DNA from: Chrysomallon squamiferum
Taxonomy: Eukaryota; Animalia; Mollusca
Reading direction: 5' to 3'
Length of the DNA stretch: 64,000 bases
NCBI GenBank assembly: GCA_012295275.1
Contig: CM022668.1
Span: 11,222,001 to 11,286,000 of the forward strand
A program made the translations under genes and the position numbers. Of the stretch, positions 23,001 through 59,027 are shown one piece after another; position 1 is the stretch's first letter, and every line of letters starts with the position of its first letter. The notes beneath the pieces are model-generated. The model had not been told where the DNA came from. It saw only the letters and a list, made by a program, of their open reading frames with translations, and did no database searches.

Positions 23001-26000
23001 TGCTTCTTGTAATCTAATTCAGAAGCATCAAACTCGAATAAAATCCAGCCTCATATTATTTCTATCAGAAGCATCAAACTCGAATAAAATTTATGTAACC
23101 CCTAAGCTAACCTATAACCCTAACCTAACCCTAACCCTAACCCTAGCTCAGGTGATAAAAGTAATCCAAAAGAAGTCCGGAACATTAATTCTTATTCTAA
23201 GGCTACTTGTAGTCTCCAGGGTCATATTATTTCTAACATAAACATTAAACTCGAATAAAATTTAGGTAACCCTAGCTTTAAGGCTAACCCTAACCCTAAC
23301 CCTAACCCTAACCCTAACCCTAGCTAAGCTCCTAAAACTAATCCTAAACTAGTCCGGAATATTAATTCTTATTCTAAGGCTACCTGTAATCTCCAGGGTC
23401 ATATTATTTCTCATATAAGCATTAAACTCGAATAAAATTTATGTAACCCTAGCTTTAAGACTAACCCTAAAGTAACCCTAACCCTAACCCTAGCCCTAAC
23501 CCTAGCTCAGGTGATAAAAGTAATCCAACAGAAGTCCGGAACATTAATTCTTATCCTAACGCTACTTCTAATCTCCAGCCTCATATTATTTCTATCAGAA
23601 GCATCAAACTCGAATAAAATTTATGTAACCCTAGCTTTAAGACTAACCCTAACCCTAACCCTAACCCTAACCCTAACCCTAGCTCAGGTGATAAAAGTAA
23701 TCCAAAAGAAGTCCGGAACATTAATTCTTATCCTAACGCTACTTCTAATCTCCAGCCTCATATTATTTCTATCAGAAGCATCAAACTCGAATAAAATTTA
23801 TGTAACCCTAGCTATAAGGCTAACCCTAACCCTAACCCTAACCCTAACCCTAACCCTAGCTCAGGTGATAAAAGTAATCCAAAAGAAGTCCGGAACATTA
23901 ATTCTTATTCTAAGGCTACTTGTAGTCTCCAGGGTCATATTATTTCTAACATAAACATTAAACTCGAATAAAATTTAGGTAACCCTAGCTATAAGGCTAA
24001 CCCTAAATCTAACCCTAACCCTAACCTTAACCCTAGCTAAGCTCGTAAAACTAATCCTAAACTAGTCCGGAATATTAATTCTTATTCTAAGGCTACCTGT
24101 AATCTCCAGGGTCATATTATTTCTCATATAAGCATTAAATTCGAATAAAATGTATGTAACCCTAGCTTTAAGACTAACCCTAAAGTAACCCTAACCCTAA
24201 CCCTAACCCTAACCCTAGCTCAGGTGATAAAAGTAATCCAAAAGAAGTCCGGAACATTAATTCTTATCCTAACGCTACTTCTAATCTCCAGCCTCATATT
24301 ATTTCTATCAGAAGCATCAAACTCGAATAAAATTTATGTAATGTAACCCCCTAACTAACCCTAAACCCTAACCCTAACCCTAACCCTAACCCTAGCTCAG
24401 GTGATAAAAGTAATCCAAAAGAAGTCCGGAACATTAATTCTTATTCTAAGGCTACTTCTAATCTCCAGCCTCATATTATTTCTATCAGAAGCATCAAACT
24501 CGAATAAAATTTATGTAACCCTAGCTATAAGGCTAACCCTAACCCTAACCCTAACCCTAACCCTAGCTCAGGTGATAAAAGTAATCCAAAAGAAGTCCGG
24601 AACATTAATTCTTATTCTAAGGCTACTTGTAGTCTCCAGGGTCATATTATTTCTAACATAAACATTAAACTCGAATAAAATTTAGGTAACCCTAGCTATA
24701 AGGCTAACCCTAACCCTAACCCTAACTCTAACCCTAACCTTAACCCTAGCTAAGCTCCTAAAACTAATCCTAAACTAGTCCGGAATATTAATTCTTATTC
24801 TAAGGCTACCTGTAATCTCCAGGGTCATATTATTTCTCATATAAGCATTAAATTCGAATAAAATGTATGTAACCCTAGCTTTAAGACTAACCCTAAAACT
24901 AAAACCCTAACCCTAACCCTAACCCTAACCCTAACCCTAGCTCAGGTGATAAAAGTAATCCAAAAGAAGTCCGGAACATTAATTCTTATCCTAACGCTAC
25001 TTCTAATCTCCAGCCTCATATTATTTCTATCAGAAGCATCAAACTCGAATAAAATTTATGTAACCCTAGCTATAAGCTAACCCTAAACCCCTAAACCCTA
25101 ACCCCCTAATCCCCGGAACATTAACCCTAAGCTCAGGTGATAAAAGTAATCCAAAAGAAGTCCGGAACATTAATTCTTATTCTAAGGCTACTTGTAGTCT
25201 CCAGGGTCATATTATTTCTAACATGAACATTAAACTCGAATAAAATTTAGGTAACCCTAGCTATAAGGCTAACCCTAACCCTAACCCTAACCCTAACCTT
25301 AACCCTAGCTAAGCTCCTAAAACTAATCCTAAACTAGTCCGGAATATTAATTCTTATTCTAAGGCTACCTGTAATCTCCAGGGTCATATTATTTCTCATA
25401 TAAGCATTAAACTCGAATAAAATGTATGTAACCCTAGCTTTAAGACTAACCCTAAAGTAACCCTAACCCTAACCCTAGCCCTAACCCTAGCTCAGGTGAT
25501 AAAAGTAATCCAAAAGAAGTCCGGAACATTAATTCTTATCCTAACGCTACTTCTAATCTCCAGCCTCATATTATTTCTATCAGAAGCATCAAACTCGAAT
25601 AAAATTTATGTAACCCTAGCTATAAGGCTAACCTAACCCTAACCCTAACCCTAACCCTAACCCTAACCCTAACCCTAGCTCAGGTGATAAAAGTAATCCA
25701 AAAGAAGTCCGGAACATTAATTCTTATTCTAAGGCTACTTGTAGTCTCCAGGGTCATATTATTTCTAACATAAACATTAAACTCGAATAAAATTTAGGTA
25801 ACCCTAGCTTTAAGCTAACCCTAACTAACCCTAACCCTAACCCTAACCTTAACCCTAGCTAAGCTCCTAAAACTAATCTAAACTAGTCCGGAATATTAAT
25901 TCTTATTCTAAGGCTACCTGTAATCTCCAGGGTCATATTATTTCTCATATAAGCATTAAATTCGAATAAAATGTATGTAACCCTAGCTTTAAGACTAACC

Positions 26001-29000
26001 CTAAAGTAACCCTAACCCTAACCCTAGCCCTAACCCTAGCTCAGGTGATAAAAGTAATCCAAAAGAAGTCCGGAACATTAATTCTTATCCTAACGCTACT
26101 TCTAATCTCCAGCCTCATATTATTTCTATCAGAAGCATCAAACTCGAATAAAATTTATGTAACCCTAGCTATAAGGCTAACCCTAACCCTAACCCTAACC
26201 CTAGCTCAGGTGATAAAAGTAATCCAAAAGAAGTCCGGAACATTAATTCTTATTCTAAGGCTACTTGTAATCTCCAGGGTCATATTAACCCATTAAACTC
26301 GAATAAAAATTTTTATGTAACCTAGCTATAAACCCTAACCCTAACCCCCTAACCCCCTAAGCTCTAGCTCAGGTAATAAAAGTAATCCAAAAGAAGTCCG
26401 GAACATTAATTCTTATTCTAAGGCTACTTTAATCTTCATATTTATTTCTCAGAAGCATTAAACTCGAATAAAATTTATGTAACCCTAGCTATAAGGCTAA
26501 CCCTAACCCTAACCCTAACCCTAGCTCAGGTGATAAAAGTAATCCAAAAGAAGTCCGGAACATTAATTCTTATTCTAAGGCTACTTGTAGTCTCCAGGGT
26601 CATATTATTTCTAACATAAACATTAAACTCGAATAAAATTTAGGTAACCCTAGCTATAAGGCTAACCCTAACCCTAACCCTAACCTTAACCCTAGCTAAG
26701 CTCGTAAAACTAATCCTAAACTAGTCCGGAATATTAATTCTTATTCTAAGGCTACCTGTAATCTCCAGGGTCATATTATTTCTCATATAAGCATTAAATT
26801 CGAATAAAATGTATGTAACCCTAGCTTTAAGACTAACCCTAACCTAACCCTAACCCGCTAACCCTAACCCTAACCCTAACCCTAACCCTAGCTCAGGTGA
26901 TAAAAGTAATCCAAAAGAAGTCCGGAACATTAATTCTTATCCTAACGCTACTTCTAATCTCCAGCCTCATATTATTTCTATCAGAAGCATCAAACTCGAA
27001 TAAAATTTATGTAACCCTAGCTATAAGCTAACCCTAACCCTAACCCTAACCCTAACCCTAACCCTAGCTCAGGTGATAAAAGTAATCCAAAAGAAGTCCG
27101 GAACATTAATTCTTATTCTAAGGCTACTTCTAATCTCAGGGCCTCATATTATTTATTTCTATCAGAATAAGCATCAAACTCGAATAAAATTTATGTAACC
27201 CTAGCTTTAAGGCTAACCCTAACCCTAACCCTAACCCTAACCCTAGCTCAGGTGATAAAAGTAATCCAAAAGAAGTCCGGAACATTAATTCTTATTCTAA
27301 GGCTACTTGTAGTCTCCAGGGTCATATTATTTCTAACATAAACATTAAACTCGAATAAAATTTATGTAACCCTAGCTTTAAGGCTAACCCCTAACCCTAA
27401 CCCCCTAACCCTAACCCTAACCCTAGCTAGGTGATAAAACTAATCCAAAAGAAGTCCGGAACATTAATTCTTATTCTAAGGCTACTTGTAATCTCCAGGG
27501 TCATATTATTTCTAACATAAACATTAAACTCGAATAAAATTTATGTAACCCTAGCTTAAGGCTAACCCTAACCCTAACCCTAACCTAACCCTAACCCTAA
27601 GCTCAGGTTCTAAAACTATCCAAAAAAGTCCGGAATATTAATTCTTATTCTAAGGCTACCTTAATTCCAATTCTTCATATTATTTCTAAAGCATTAAACT
27701 CGAATAAAATAACCCTCTCCAGGGTCATATTATTTCTCATAAAACATTAAACTCGAATAAAATTTATGTAACCCTAGCTTTAAGACTAACCCTAAAGTAA
27801 CCCTAACCCTAACCCTAACCCTAGCTCAGGTCATAAAACTAATCCAACAGAAGTCCGGAACATTAATTCTTATCCTAACGCTACTTCTAATCTCCAGCCT
27901 CATATTATTTCTATCAGAAGCATCAAACTCGAATAAAATTTATGTAACCCTAGCTATAAGGCTAACCCTAACCCTAACCCTAACCCTAACCCTAACCCTA
28001 ACCCTAGCTCAGGTGATAAAAGTAATCCAAAAGAAGTCCGGAACATTAATTCTTATCCTAACGCTACTTCTAATCTCCAGCCTCATATTATTTCTATCAG
28101 AAGCATCAAACTCGAATAAAATTTATGTAACCCTAGCTATAAGGCTAACCCTAACCCTAACCCTAACCCTAACCCTAGCTCAGGTGATAAAAGTAATCCA
28201 AAAGAAGTCCGGAACATTAATTCTTATTCTAAGGCTACTTGTAGTCTCCAGGGTCATATTATTTCTAACATAAACATTAAACTCGAATAAAATTTAGGTA
28301 ACCCTAGCTTAAGGCTAACCCTAACCCTAACCCTAACCTTAACCCCCTAACCCTAACCTAAGCTAAAGTCCTAAAGAATATTAATCTTATTCTAAAAAAT
28401 AATCTAAACTAGTCCGGAATATTAATTCTTATTCTAAGGCTACCTGTAATCTCCAGGGTCATATTATTTCTCATATAAGCATTAAAATAAATAAATTAAA
28501 ATTGAATAAAATGTATGTAACCCTAGCTTTAAGACTAACCCTAAAGTAACCCTAACCCTAACCCTAACCCTAACCCTAGCTCAGGTGATAAAAGTAATCC
28601 AAAAGAAGTCCGGAACATTAATTCTTATCCTAACGCTACTTCTAATCTCCAGCCTCATATTATTTCTATCAGAAGCATCAAACTCGAATAAAATTTATGT
28701 AACCCTAGCTATAGCTAACTAAACCCTACCCTAACGCTAACCCTAACCCTAACCCTAACCCTAGCTCAGGTGATAAAAGTAATCCAAAAGAAGTCCGGAA
28801 CATTAATTCTTATTCTAAGGCTACTTGTAGTCTCCAGGGTCATATTATTTCTAACATGAACATTAAACTCGAATAAAATTTAGGTAACCCTAGCTTTAAG
28901 GCTAACCCTAACTCTAACGCTAACCCTAACCCTAACCCTAACCTTAACCCTAGCTAAGCTCCTAAAACTAATTCTAAACTAGTCCGGAATATTAATTCTT

Positions 29001-32000
29001 ATTCTAAGGCTACCTGTAATCTCCAGGGTCATATTATTTCTCATATAAGCATTAAACTCGAATAAAATTTATGTAACCCTAGCTTTAAGACTAACCCTAA
29101 AGTAACCCTAACCCTAACCCTAACCCTAACCCTAGCTCAGGTGATAAAACTAATCCAACAGAAGTCCGGAATCATTAATTTCTATCAGAATTCATCAATT
29201 CTAAAATTTATGTAACCCTAATTAACCCTAACCCTAATAACCCCTCTCATGATAAAAGTAATCCAAAAGAAGTCCGGAACATTAATTCTTATTCTAAGGC
29301 TACTTTCTAATCTATAATTATTTCTAATCAGAACATCAAACTAAAATTTATGTAACCCTAGCTATAAACCTAACCCTAACCTAACCCTAAAACCCTAACC
29401 CTAACCTAACCCTAAACCCTAAGCTCAGGTGATAAAACTAATCCAAAAGAAGTATATTAATTCTTATCCTAACGCTACTTCTAATCTCCAGCCTCATATT
29501 ATTTCTATCAGAAGCATCAAACTCGAATAAAATTTATGTAACCCTAGCTATAAGGCTAACCCTAACCCTAACCCTAACCCTAACCCTAGCTCAGGTGATA
29601 AAAGTAATCCAAAAGAAGTCCGGAACATTAATTCTTATTCTAAGGCTACTTCTAATCTCCAGCCTCATATTATTTCTATCAGAAGCATCAAACTCGAATA
29701 AAATTTATGTAACCCTAGCTTTAAGGCTAACCCAAAGCCTAACCCTAACCGTAGCTAAGGTTCTAAAAGTAATCCAACAGAAGTCCGGAACATTAATTCT
29801 TATTCTAAGGCTACTTGTAGTCTCCAGGGTCATATTATTTCTAACATAAACATTAAACTCGAATAAAATTTAGGTAACCCTAGCTTTAAGGCTAACCCTA
29901 ACCCTAACCCTAACCTTAACCCTAGCTAAGCTCCTAAAACTAATTCTAAACTAGTCCGGAATATTAATTCTTATTCTAAGGCTACCTGTAATCTCCAGGG
30001 TCATATTATTTCTCATATAAGCATTAAATTCGAATAAAATGTATGTAACCCTAGCTTTAAGACTAACCCTAAAGTAACCCTAACCCTAACCCTAAGCCCT
30101 AACCCTAGCTCAGGTGATAAAAGTAATCCAAAAGAAGTCCGGAACATTAATTCTTATCCTAACGCTACTTCTAATCTCCAGCCTCATATTATTTCTATCA
30201 GAAGCATCAAACTCGAATAAAATTTATGTAACCCTAGCTATAAGGCTAACCCTAACCCTAACCCTAACCCTAACCCTAACCCTAGCTCAGGTGATAAAAG
30301 TAATCCAAAAGAAGTCCGGAACATTAATTCTTATTCTAAGGCTACTTGTAGTCTCCAGGGTCATATTATTTCTAACATGAACATTAAACTCGAATAAAAT
30401 TTAGGTAACCCTAGCTATAAGGCTAACCCTAACCCTAACCCTAACCTTAACCCTAGCTAAGCTCCTAAAACTAATCCTAAACTAGTCCGGAATATTAATT
30501 CTTATTCTAAGGCTACCTGTAATCTCAAGGGTCATATTATTTCTATAAGGCTAAACTGAATAAAATTTATGTAACCCTAGGGTCATAACCCTAGTAACCC
30601 TAACCCTTTCTCCTATAAATAAAAGTAATTAAAGTCGGAAATTAATTCTTATTCTAAGGCTACTTGTAATCTCCAGGGTCATATTATTTCTCACATAAAC
30701 ATTAAACTCGAATAAAATTTATGTAACCCTAGCTTTAAGACTAACCCTAACCCTAACCCTAACCCTAACCCTAACCCTAGCTCAGGTGATAAAACTAATC
30801 CAAAAGAAGTCCGGAACATTAATTCTTATCCTAACGCTACTTCTAATCTCCAGCCTCATATTATTTCTATCAGAAGCATCAAACTCGAATAAAATTTATG
30901 TAACCCTAGCTATAAGGTAACCCTAACCCTAACCCTAACCCTAACCCTAGCTCAGGTGATAAAAGTAATCCAAAAGAAGTCCGGAACATTAATTCTTATC
31001 CTAACGCTACTTCTAATCTCCAGCCTCATATTATTTCTATCAGAAGCATCAAACTCGAATAAAATTTATGTAACCCTAGCTATAAGGCTAACCCTAACTA
31101 ACCCTAACCCTAACCCTAACCCTAACCCTAGCTCAGGTGATAAAAGTAATCCAAAAGAAGTCCGGAACATTAATTCTTATTCTAAGGCTACTTGTAGTCT
31201 CCAGGGTCATATTATTTCTAACATGAACATTAAACTCGAATAAAATTTAGGTAACCCTAGCTATAAGGCTAACCCTAACCCTAACCCTAACCTTAACCCT
31301 AGCTAAGCTCCTAAAACTAATCCTAAACTAGTCCGGAATATTAATTCTTATTCTAAGGCTACCTGTAATCTCCAGGGTCATATTATTTCTCATATAAGCA
31401 TTAAATTCGAATAAAATGTATGTAACCCTAGCTTTAAGACTAACCCTAAAGTAACCCTAACCCTAACCCTAACCCTAACCCTAACCCTAGCTCAGGTGAT
31501 AAAAGTAATCCAAAAGAAGTCCGGAACATTAATTCTTATCCTAACGCTACTTCTAATCTCCAGCCTCATATTATTTCTATCAGAAGCATCAAACTCGAAT
31601 AAAATTTATGTAACCCTAGCTATAAGGCTAACACTAACCCTAACCCTAACCCTAACCCTAGCTCAGGTGATAAAAGTAATCCAAAAGAAGTCCGGAACAT
31701 TAATTCTTATTCTAACTCCTCTCCTAATTCTTCATTATTTCTCCATCTAAAATCTCATATTATTTCTATCAGAAGCATCAAACTCGAATAAAATTTATGT
31801 AACCCTAGCTTTAAGGCTAACCCTAACCCTAACCCTAACCCTAACCCTAGCTCGTAGCTCAGGTTCTAAAAGTAATCCAACAGAAGTCCGGAACATTAAT
31901 TCTTATTCTAAGGCTACTTGTAGTCTCCAGGGTCATATTATTTCTAACATAAACATTAAACTCGAATAAAATTTAGGTAACCCTAGCTTTAAGGCTAACC

Positions 32001-35000
32001 CTAACCCTAACCCTAACCCTAACCTTAACCCTAGCTAAGCTCCTAAAACTAATTCTAAACTAGTCCGGAATATTAATTCTTATTCTAAGGCTACCTGTAA
32101 TCTCCAGGGTCATATTATTTCTCATATAAGCATTAAACTCGAATAAAATTTATGTAACCCTAGCTTTAAGACTAACCCTAACCCTAACCCTAACCCTAAC
32201 CCTAGCTCAGATAAAAGTAATCCCGGAACATTAATTCTTATCCTAACGCTACCTAATCTCCAGCCTCTATTTCTCAGAAGCATCAAACTGAATAAAATTT
32301 AATCCAAAAGAAGTCCGGAACATTAATTCTTATCCTAACCCTAGCTAACCCTAATCCAAAAGAAGTCCGGAAATTAATCCTAAGCTCTTCTAATCTCCAG
32401 CCTCATATTATTTCTATCAGAAGCATCAAACTCGAATAAAATTTATGTAACCCTAGCTATAAGGCTAACCCTAACCCTAACCCTAACCCTAACCCTAGCT
32501 CAGGTGATAAAAGTAATCCAAAAGAAGTCCGGAACATTAATTCTTATCCTAACGCTACTTCTAATCTCCAGCCTCATATTATTTCTATCAGAAGCATCAA
32601 ACTCGAATAAAATGTATGTAACCCTAGCTGTAACCCCCTAGCTAACCCTAACCCTAACCCTAACCCTAACCCTAACCCTAGCTCAGGTGATAAAAGTAAT
32701 CCAAAAGAAGTCCGGAACATTAATTCTTATTCTAAGGCTACTTGTAGTCTCCAGGGTCATATTATTTCTAACATAAACATTAAACTCGAATAAAATTTAG
32801 GTAACCCTAGCTTTAAGGCTAACCCTAACCTAACCCTAACCCTAACCCTAACCCTAACCCTAGCTAAACCCTAGCTCAGGTAAAACTAATCCTAAACTAG
32901 TCCGGAATATTAATTCTTATTCTAAGGCTACCTGTAATCTCCAGGGTCATATTATTTCTCATATAAGCATTAAACTCGAATAAAATTTATGTAACCCTAG
33001 CTTTAAGACTAACCCTAAAGTAACCCTAACCCTAACCCTAACCCTAACCCTAACCCTAACCCTAACCCTAACCTCCTAAATCCCCTAACCCTAGCTCAGG
33101 TGATAAAAGTAATCCAAAAGAAGTCCGGAACATTAATTCTTATCCTAACGCTACTTCTAATCTCCAGCCTCATATTATTTCTATCAGAAGCATCAAACTC
33201 GAATAAAATTTATGTAACCCTAGCTATAAGGCTAACCCTAACCCTAACCCTAACCCTAACCCTAACCCTAACCCTAGCTCAGGTGATAAAAGTAATCCAA
33301 AAGAAGTCCGGAACATTAATTCTTATTCTAAGGCTACTTCTAATCTCCAGCCTCATATTATTTCTATCAGAAGCATCAAACTCGAATAAAATTTATGTAA
33401 CCCTAGCTCTAACCCTAACCCTAACCCTAACCCTAACCCTAACCCTAACCCTAGCTCAGGTGATAAAAGTAATCCAAAAGAAGTCCGGAACATTAATTCT
33501 TATTCTAAGGCTACTTGTAGTCTCCAGGGTCATATTATTTCTAACATAAACATTAAACTCGAATAAAATTTAGGTAACCCTAGCTTTAAGGCTAACCCTA
33601 ACTCTAACCCTAACTCTAACCCTAACCTTAACCCTAGCTAAGCTCGTAAAACTAATCCTAAACTAGTCCGGAATATTAATTCTTATTCTAAGGCTACCTG
33701 TAATCTCCAGGGTCATATTATTTCTCATATAAGCATTAAATTCGAATAAAATGTATGTAACCCTAGCTTTAAGACTAACCCTAAAGTAACCCTAACCCTA
33801 ACCCTAACCCTAACCCTAGCTCAGGTGATAAAAGTAATCCAAAAGAAGTCCGGAACATTAATTCTTATCCTAACGCTACTTCTAATCTCCAGCCTCATAT
33901 TATTTCTATCAGAAGCATCAAACTCGAATAAAATTTATGTAACCCTAGCTATAAGGCTAACCCTAACCCTAACCCTAACCCTAGCTCAGGTGATAAAAGT
34001 AATCCAAAAGAAGTCCGGAACATTAATTCTTATTCTAAGGCTACTTGTAGTCTCCAGGGTCATATTATTTCTAACATAAAATTAAACTCATTAAACTCGA
34101 ATAAAATTTAGGTAACCCTAGCTTTAAGGCTAACCCTAACTCTAACCCTAACTCTAACCCTAACCTTAACCCTAGCTAAGCTCGTAAAACTAATCCTAAA
34201 CTAGTCCGGAATATTAATTCTTATTCTAAGGCTACCTGTAATCTCCAGGGTCATATTATTTCTCATATAAGCATTAAATTCGAATAAAATGTATGTAACC
34301 CTAGCTTTAAGACTAACCCTAAAGTAACCCTAACCCTAACCCTAACCCTAACCCTAGCTCAGGTGATAAAAGTAATCCAAAAGAAGTCCGGAACATTAAT
34401 TCTTATCCTAACGCTACTTCTAATCTCCAGCCTCATATTATTTCTATCAGAAGCATCAAATCGAATAAAAAGAAGTCCGGAACATTAATTCTTATCCTAA
34501 CGCTACTTCTAATCTCCAGCCTCATATTATTTCTATCAGAAGCATCAAACTCGAATAAAATTTATGTAACCCTAGCTATAAGGCTAACCCTAACCCTAAC
34601 CCTAACCCTAACCCTAACCCTAGCTCAGGTGATAAAAGTAATCCAAAAGAAGTCCGGAACATTAATTCTTATTCTAAGGCTACTTGTAGTCTCCAGGGTC
34701 ATATTATTTCTAACATAAACATTAAACTCGAATAAAATTTAGGTAACCCTAGCTTTAAGGCTAACCCTAACCCTAACCCTAACCCTAACCCTAACCCTAA
34801 CCCTAACCCTAACCCTAGCTAAGCTCCTAAAACTAATCCTAAACTAGTCCGGAATATTAATTCTTATTCTAAGGCTACTTATTCTCCAGGGTCAAGGCTA
34901 CCTGTAATCTCCAGGGTCATATTATTTCTCATATAAGCATTAAATTCGAATAAAATGTATGTAACCCTAGCTTTAAGACTAACCCTAAAAAGTAACCCTA

Positions 35001-35821
35001 GCCCTAACCCTAACCCTAACCCTAACCCTAACCCTAGCTCAGGTGATAAAAGTAATCCAAAAGAAGTCCGGAACATTAATTCTTATCCTAACGCTACTTC
35101 TAATCTCCAGCCTCATATTATTTCTATCAGAAGCATCAAACTCGAATAAAATTTATGTAACCCTAGCTATAAGGCTAACCCTAACCCTAACCCTAACCCT
35201 AACCCTAGCTCAGGTGATAAAAGTAATCCAAAAGAAGTCCGGAACATTAATTCTTATTCTAAGGCTACTTGTAGTCTCCAGGGTCATATTATTTCTAACA
35301 TGAACATTAAACTCGAATAAAATTTAGGTAACCCTAGCTATAAGGCTAACCCTAACTCTAACCCTAACCTTAACCCTAGCTAAGCTCGTAAAACTAATCC
35401 TAAACTAGTCCGGAATATTAATTCTTATTCTAAGGCTACCTGTAATCTCCAGGGTCATATTATTTCTCATATAAGCATTAAATTCGAATAAAATGTATGT
35501 AACCCTAGCTTTAAGACTAACCCTAAAGTAACCCTAACCCTAACCCTAGCCCTAACCCTAGCTCAGGTGATAAAAGTAATCCAAAAGAAGTCCGGAACAT
35601 TAATTCTTATCCTAACGCTACTTCTAATCTCCAGCCTCATATTATTTCTATCAGAAGCATCAAACTCGAATAAAATTTATGTAACCCTAGCTATAAGGCT
35701 AACCCTAACCCTAACCCTAACCCTAGCTCAGGTGATAAAAGTAATCCAAAAGAAGTCCGGAACATTAATTCTTATTCTAAGGCTACTTGTAGTCTCCAGG
35801 GTCATATTATTTCTAACATGA
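20072..35821. repeat. Telomere-repeat-containing satellite array, about 90 monomers of 165-183 bp in a three-monomer higher-order repeat (~525-545 bp)
   Basis: Each monomer is a conserved core (CTCAGGTGATAAAAGTAATCCAAAAGAAGTCCGGAACATTAATTCTTAT...CTCGAATAAAATTTATGTAACCCTAGCT) plus a variable-length (TAACCC)n tract. Measured periods: 171 bp (22019 to 22190) and 177 bp (20206 to 20383). Higher-order periods 542, 539 and 524 bp. Confidence 0.97.
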
Positions 35822-36021
35822 NNNNNNNNNNNNNNNNNNNNNNNNNNNNNNNNNNNNNNNNNNNNNNNNNNNNNNNNNNNNNNNNNNNNNNNNNNNNNNN
35901 NNNNNNNNNNNNNNNNNNNNNNNNNNNNNNNNNNNNNNNNNNNNNNNNNNNNNNNNNNNNNNNNNNNNNNNNNNNNNNNNNNNNNNNNNNNNNNNNNNNN
36001 NNNNNNNNNNNNNNNNNNNNN
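35822..36021. other. Assembly gap (200 N)
   Basis: Run of exactly 200 N, probably a placeholder of unknown true size. Confidence 0.99.
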
Positions 36022-36894
36022 GCAATGGAGTAGCAATAATAGAAATACAGTGGTAAGAGTAATAGTATAAATAGCATACTAATAGTGGTAGTAATAGTAA
36101 TAATAATAATGATAGTAGCAGTAGTAGTAGTAAACACAGTAATATAGTATGAAATACAATACAATTTGCTGAAACCTATTATCTTCTGACATGATACTAT
36201 CGATGTATTGGTACAATTAAACAGGCTTAGACACTATCATAATTATATACATCTTCATTCATATACAGACATATATATACACATAAACCCATACCTAAGC
36301 ATGTACAAATTACATACACATTCATACTAATAAATATGAATCGTGATAATAAACCGAATTTAAATCAGTAATATCATTCTTCTTTAATTTGTCATCCGTA
36401 TATATATATATATATAGTTGAGTAGTTTTATAAGTACGTAGGTGTGAAGGTATGTATATATGTGTTTGTAATAACTGTGAAGGTATGTCTGTCTATCTAT
36501 ATGTCAGTCTGTCCGTCTACTTATATATGTTTATCTATTTGTTTGTCTATCTATTTTACATTATTGATGCAAATAAACATCCATTATATCATTACTGAAT
36601 TATCAAATCATTTGTACAGTTTCATCTTGGGATATACACAATCAAAATATCTTAATTTTAAAACTCATATCCATCTTTCACAAGAAAGATCTTGGTTTAA
36701 AACCATGTTAAAGTTATAAATACTAAACATCCACTTTGACGTCTGGATGCTAAAGTTAAACAACCAGAGTCTCCTAAGTAAAAACAGTACGTCCCGAACT
36801 GAGATCAGATTTCACAGTTTGAAAAGTGGATGTCTCAAGTCTTTGTTAGTGTTCACAGTTTTAAAACTGGATACAGCGTCTCTTCATTAGCGAT

Positions 36895-58191
<21,297 letters not shown>

Positions 58192-58683
58192 GTTTTCTGT
58201 CCTGAAACAACAAAATCTGTTAAGTTTTATAGAACCTCCTTTCTTTGTCTGTGACTACAGAGTTATCTTAAGTAAAAACAAATGATAAAACACACATTCT
58301 TCAGCTGGTAAATATAAATACATGTAGCTGCGAGTGTGTCCTGTACATCTATTCGCATATTTATTTCAAATATGTCAAGCTGTAATCATAAACATAAATT
58401 AATGTTATCAAACAAGTAAAGCAGGAAGATGTTTTTATCTTTATGCAGGAGCGGATCCTCGATATTAAACTGGGATGTAATTGCTTGTCTCTGTCAGTCG
58501 ATCTGTGTATCAATCTGTGTATGTATGTCTCTGTCTCTATATCAAAAGATACTGGCAATACATATAACAGTCAAAAGAAAAACACACAAACAAATAAGCA
58601 CACCTACGCATAGAAAGAGAGAGAGAGAGATTACTCGGTAAGTTTTTGATTTCTCGTTTAATGCAATACGATAATTATTCTCT

Positions 58684-58762
<79 letters not shown>

Positions 58763-58951
58763 AGTGTGTATGTGCGTGTGCGTGTGTATCTATATATATA
58801 TATATATATTAAGATACTAACATCCACTCACTCAAATAAAACTAAGTACTTGATCCAAAAAGAAGAAGAAGACGAAGAGCAAAATCAACAACCACAACAA
58901 CAAAATCATAATAAAATGTATATATATTGTTAAATAAATAGAATAACTAAC

Positions 58952-59027
58952 CTTTGCCTGACACGTATTCAAACTTGAAATAAACGCACAACGCAGAAAG
59001 AAACAAGTAAATCCAACACTTCAACAT
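58952..59027 (-). CDS. Signal-peptide first exon, distal copy (open)
   Basis: MLKCWIYLFLSALCVYFKFEYVSGK|gttagt; phase-1 donor compatible with exon 55513. Confidence 0.7.

Noticed and set aside
26280-32400. Scrambled monomers (e.g. near 26290, 27600, 29170, 30540, 32210) as real structural variants
   Set aside because: They look like consensus or polishing errors in a collapsed repeat and cannot be trusted without raw reads.
20206-35821. Repeated 'MIKVIQKKSGTLILIL...LTLTLT' ORFs as a tandem gene family
   Set aside because: They are translations of the satellite: GTG starts, LT runs from (CTAACC)n, lengths set by repeat number, frequent frameshifts and no splice structure.
20072-35821. CRISPR-like array or a true chromosome end
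   Set aside because: The segments between repeats are near-identical rather than unique spacers, and the context is eukaryotic with no cas genes. Pure TAACCC tracts are short, and their polarity points toward unique sequence rather than toward the gap.
35728-36164. ORFs crossing the N run
   Set aside because: Artefacts of the assembly gap. Adjacency of the satellite and the RPTP gene across the gap is itself unproven.
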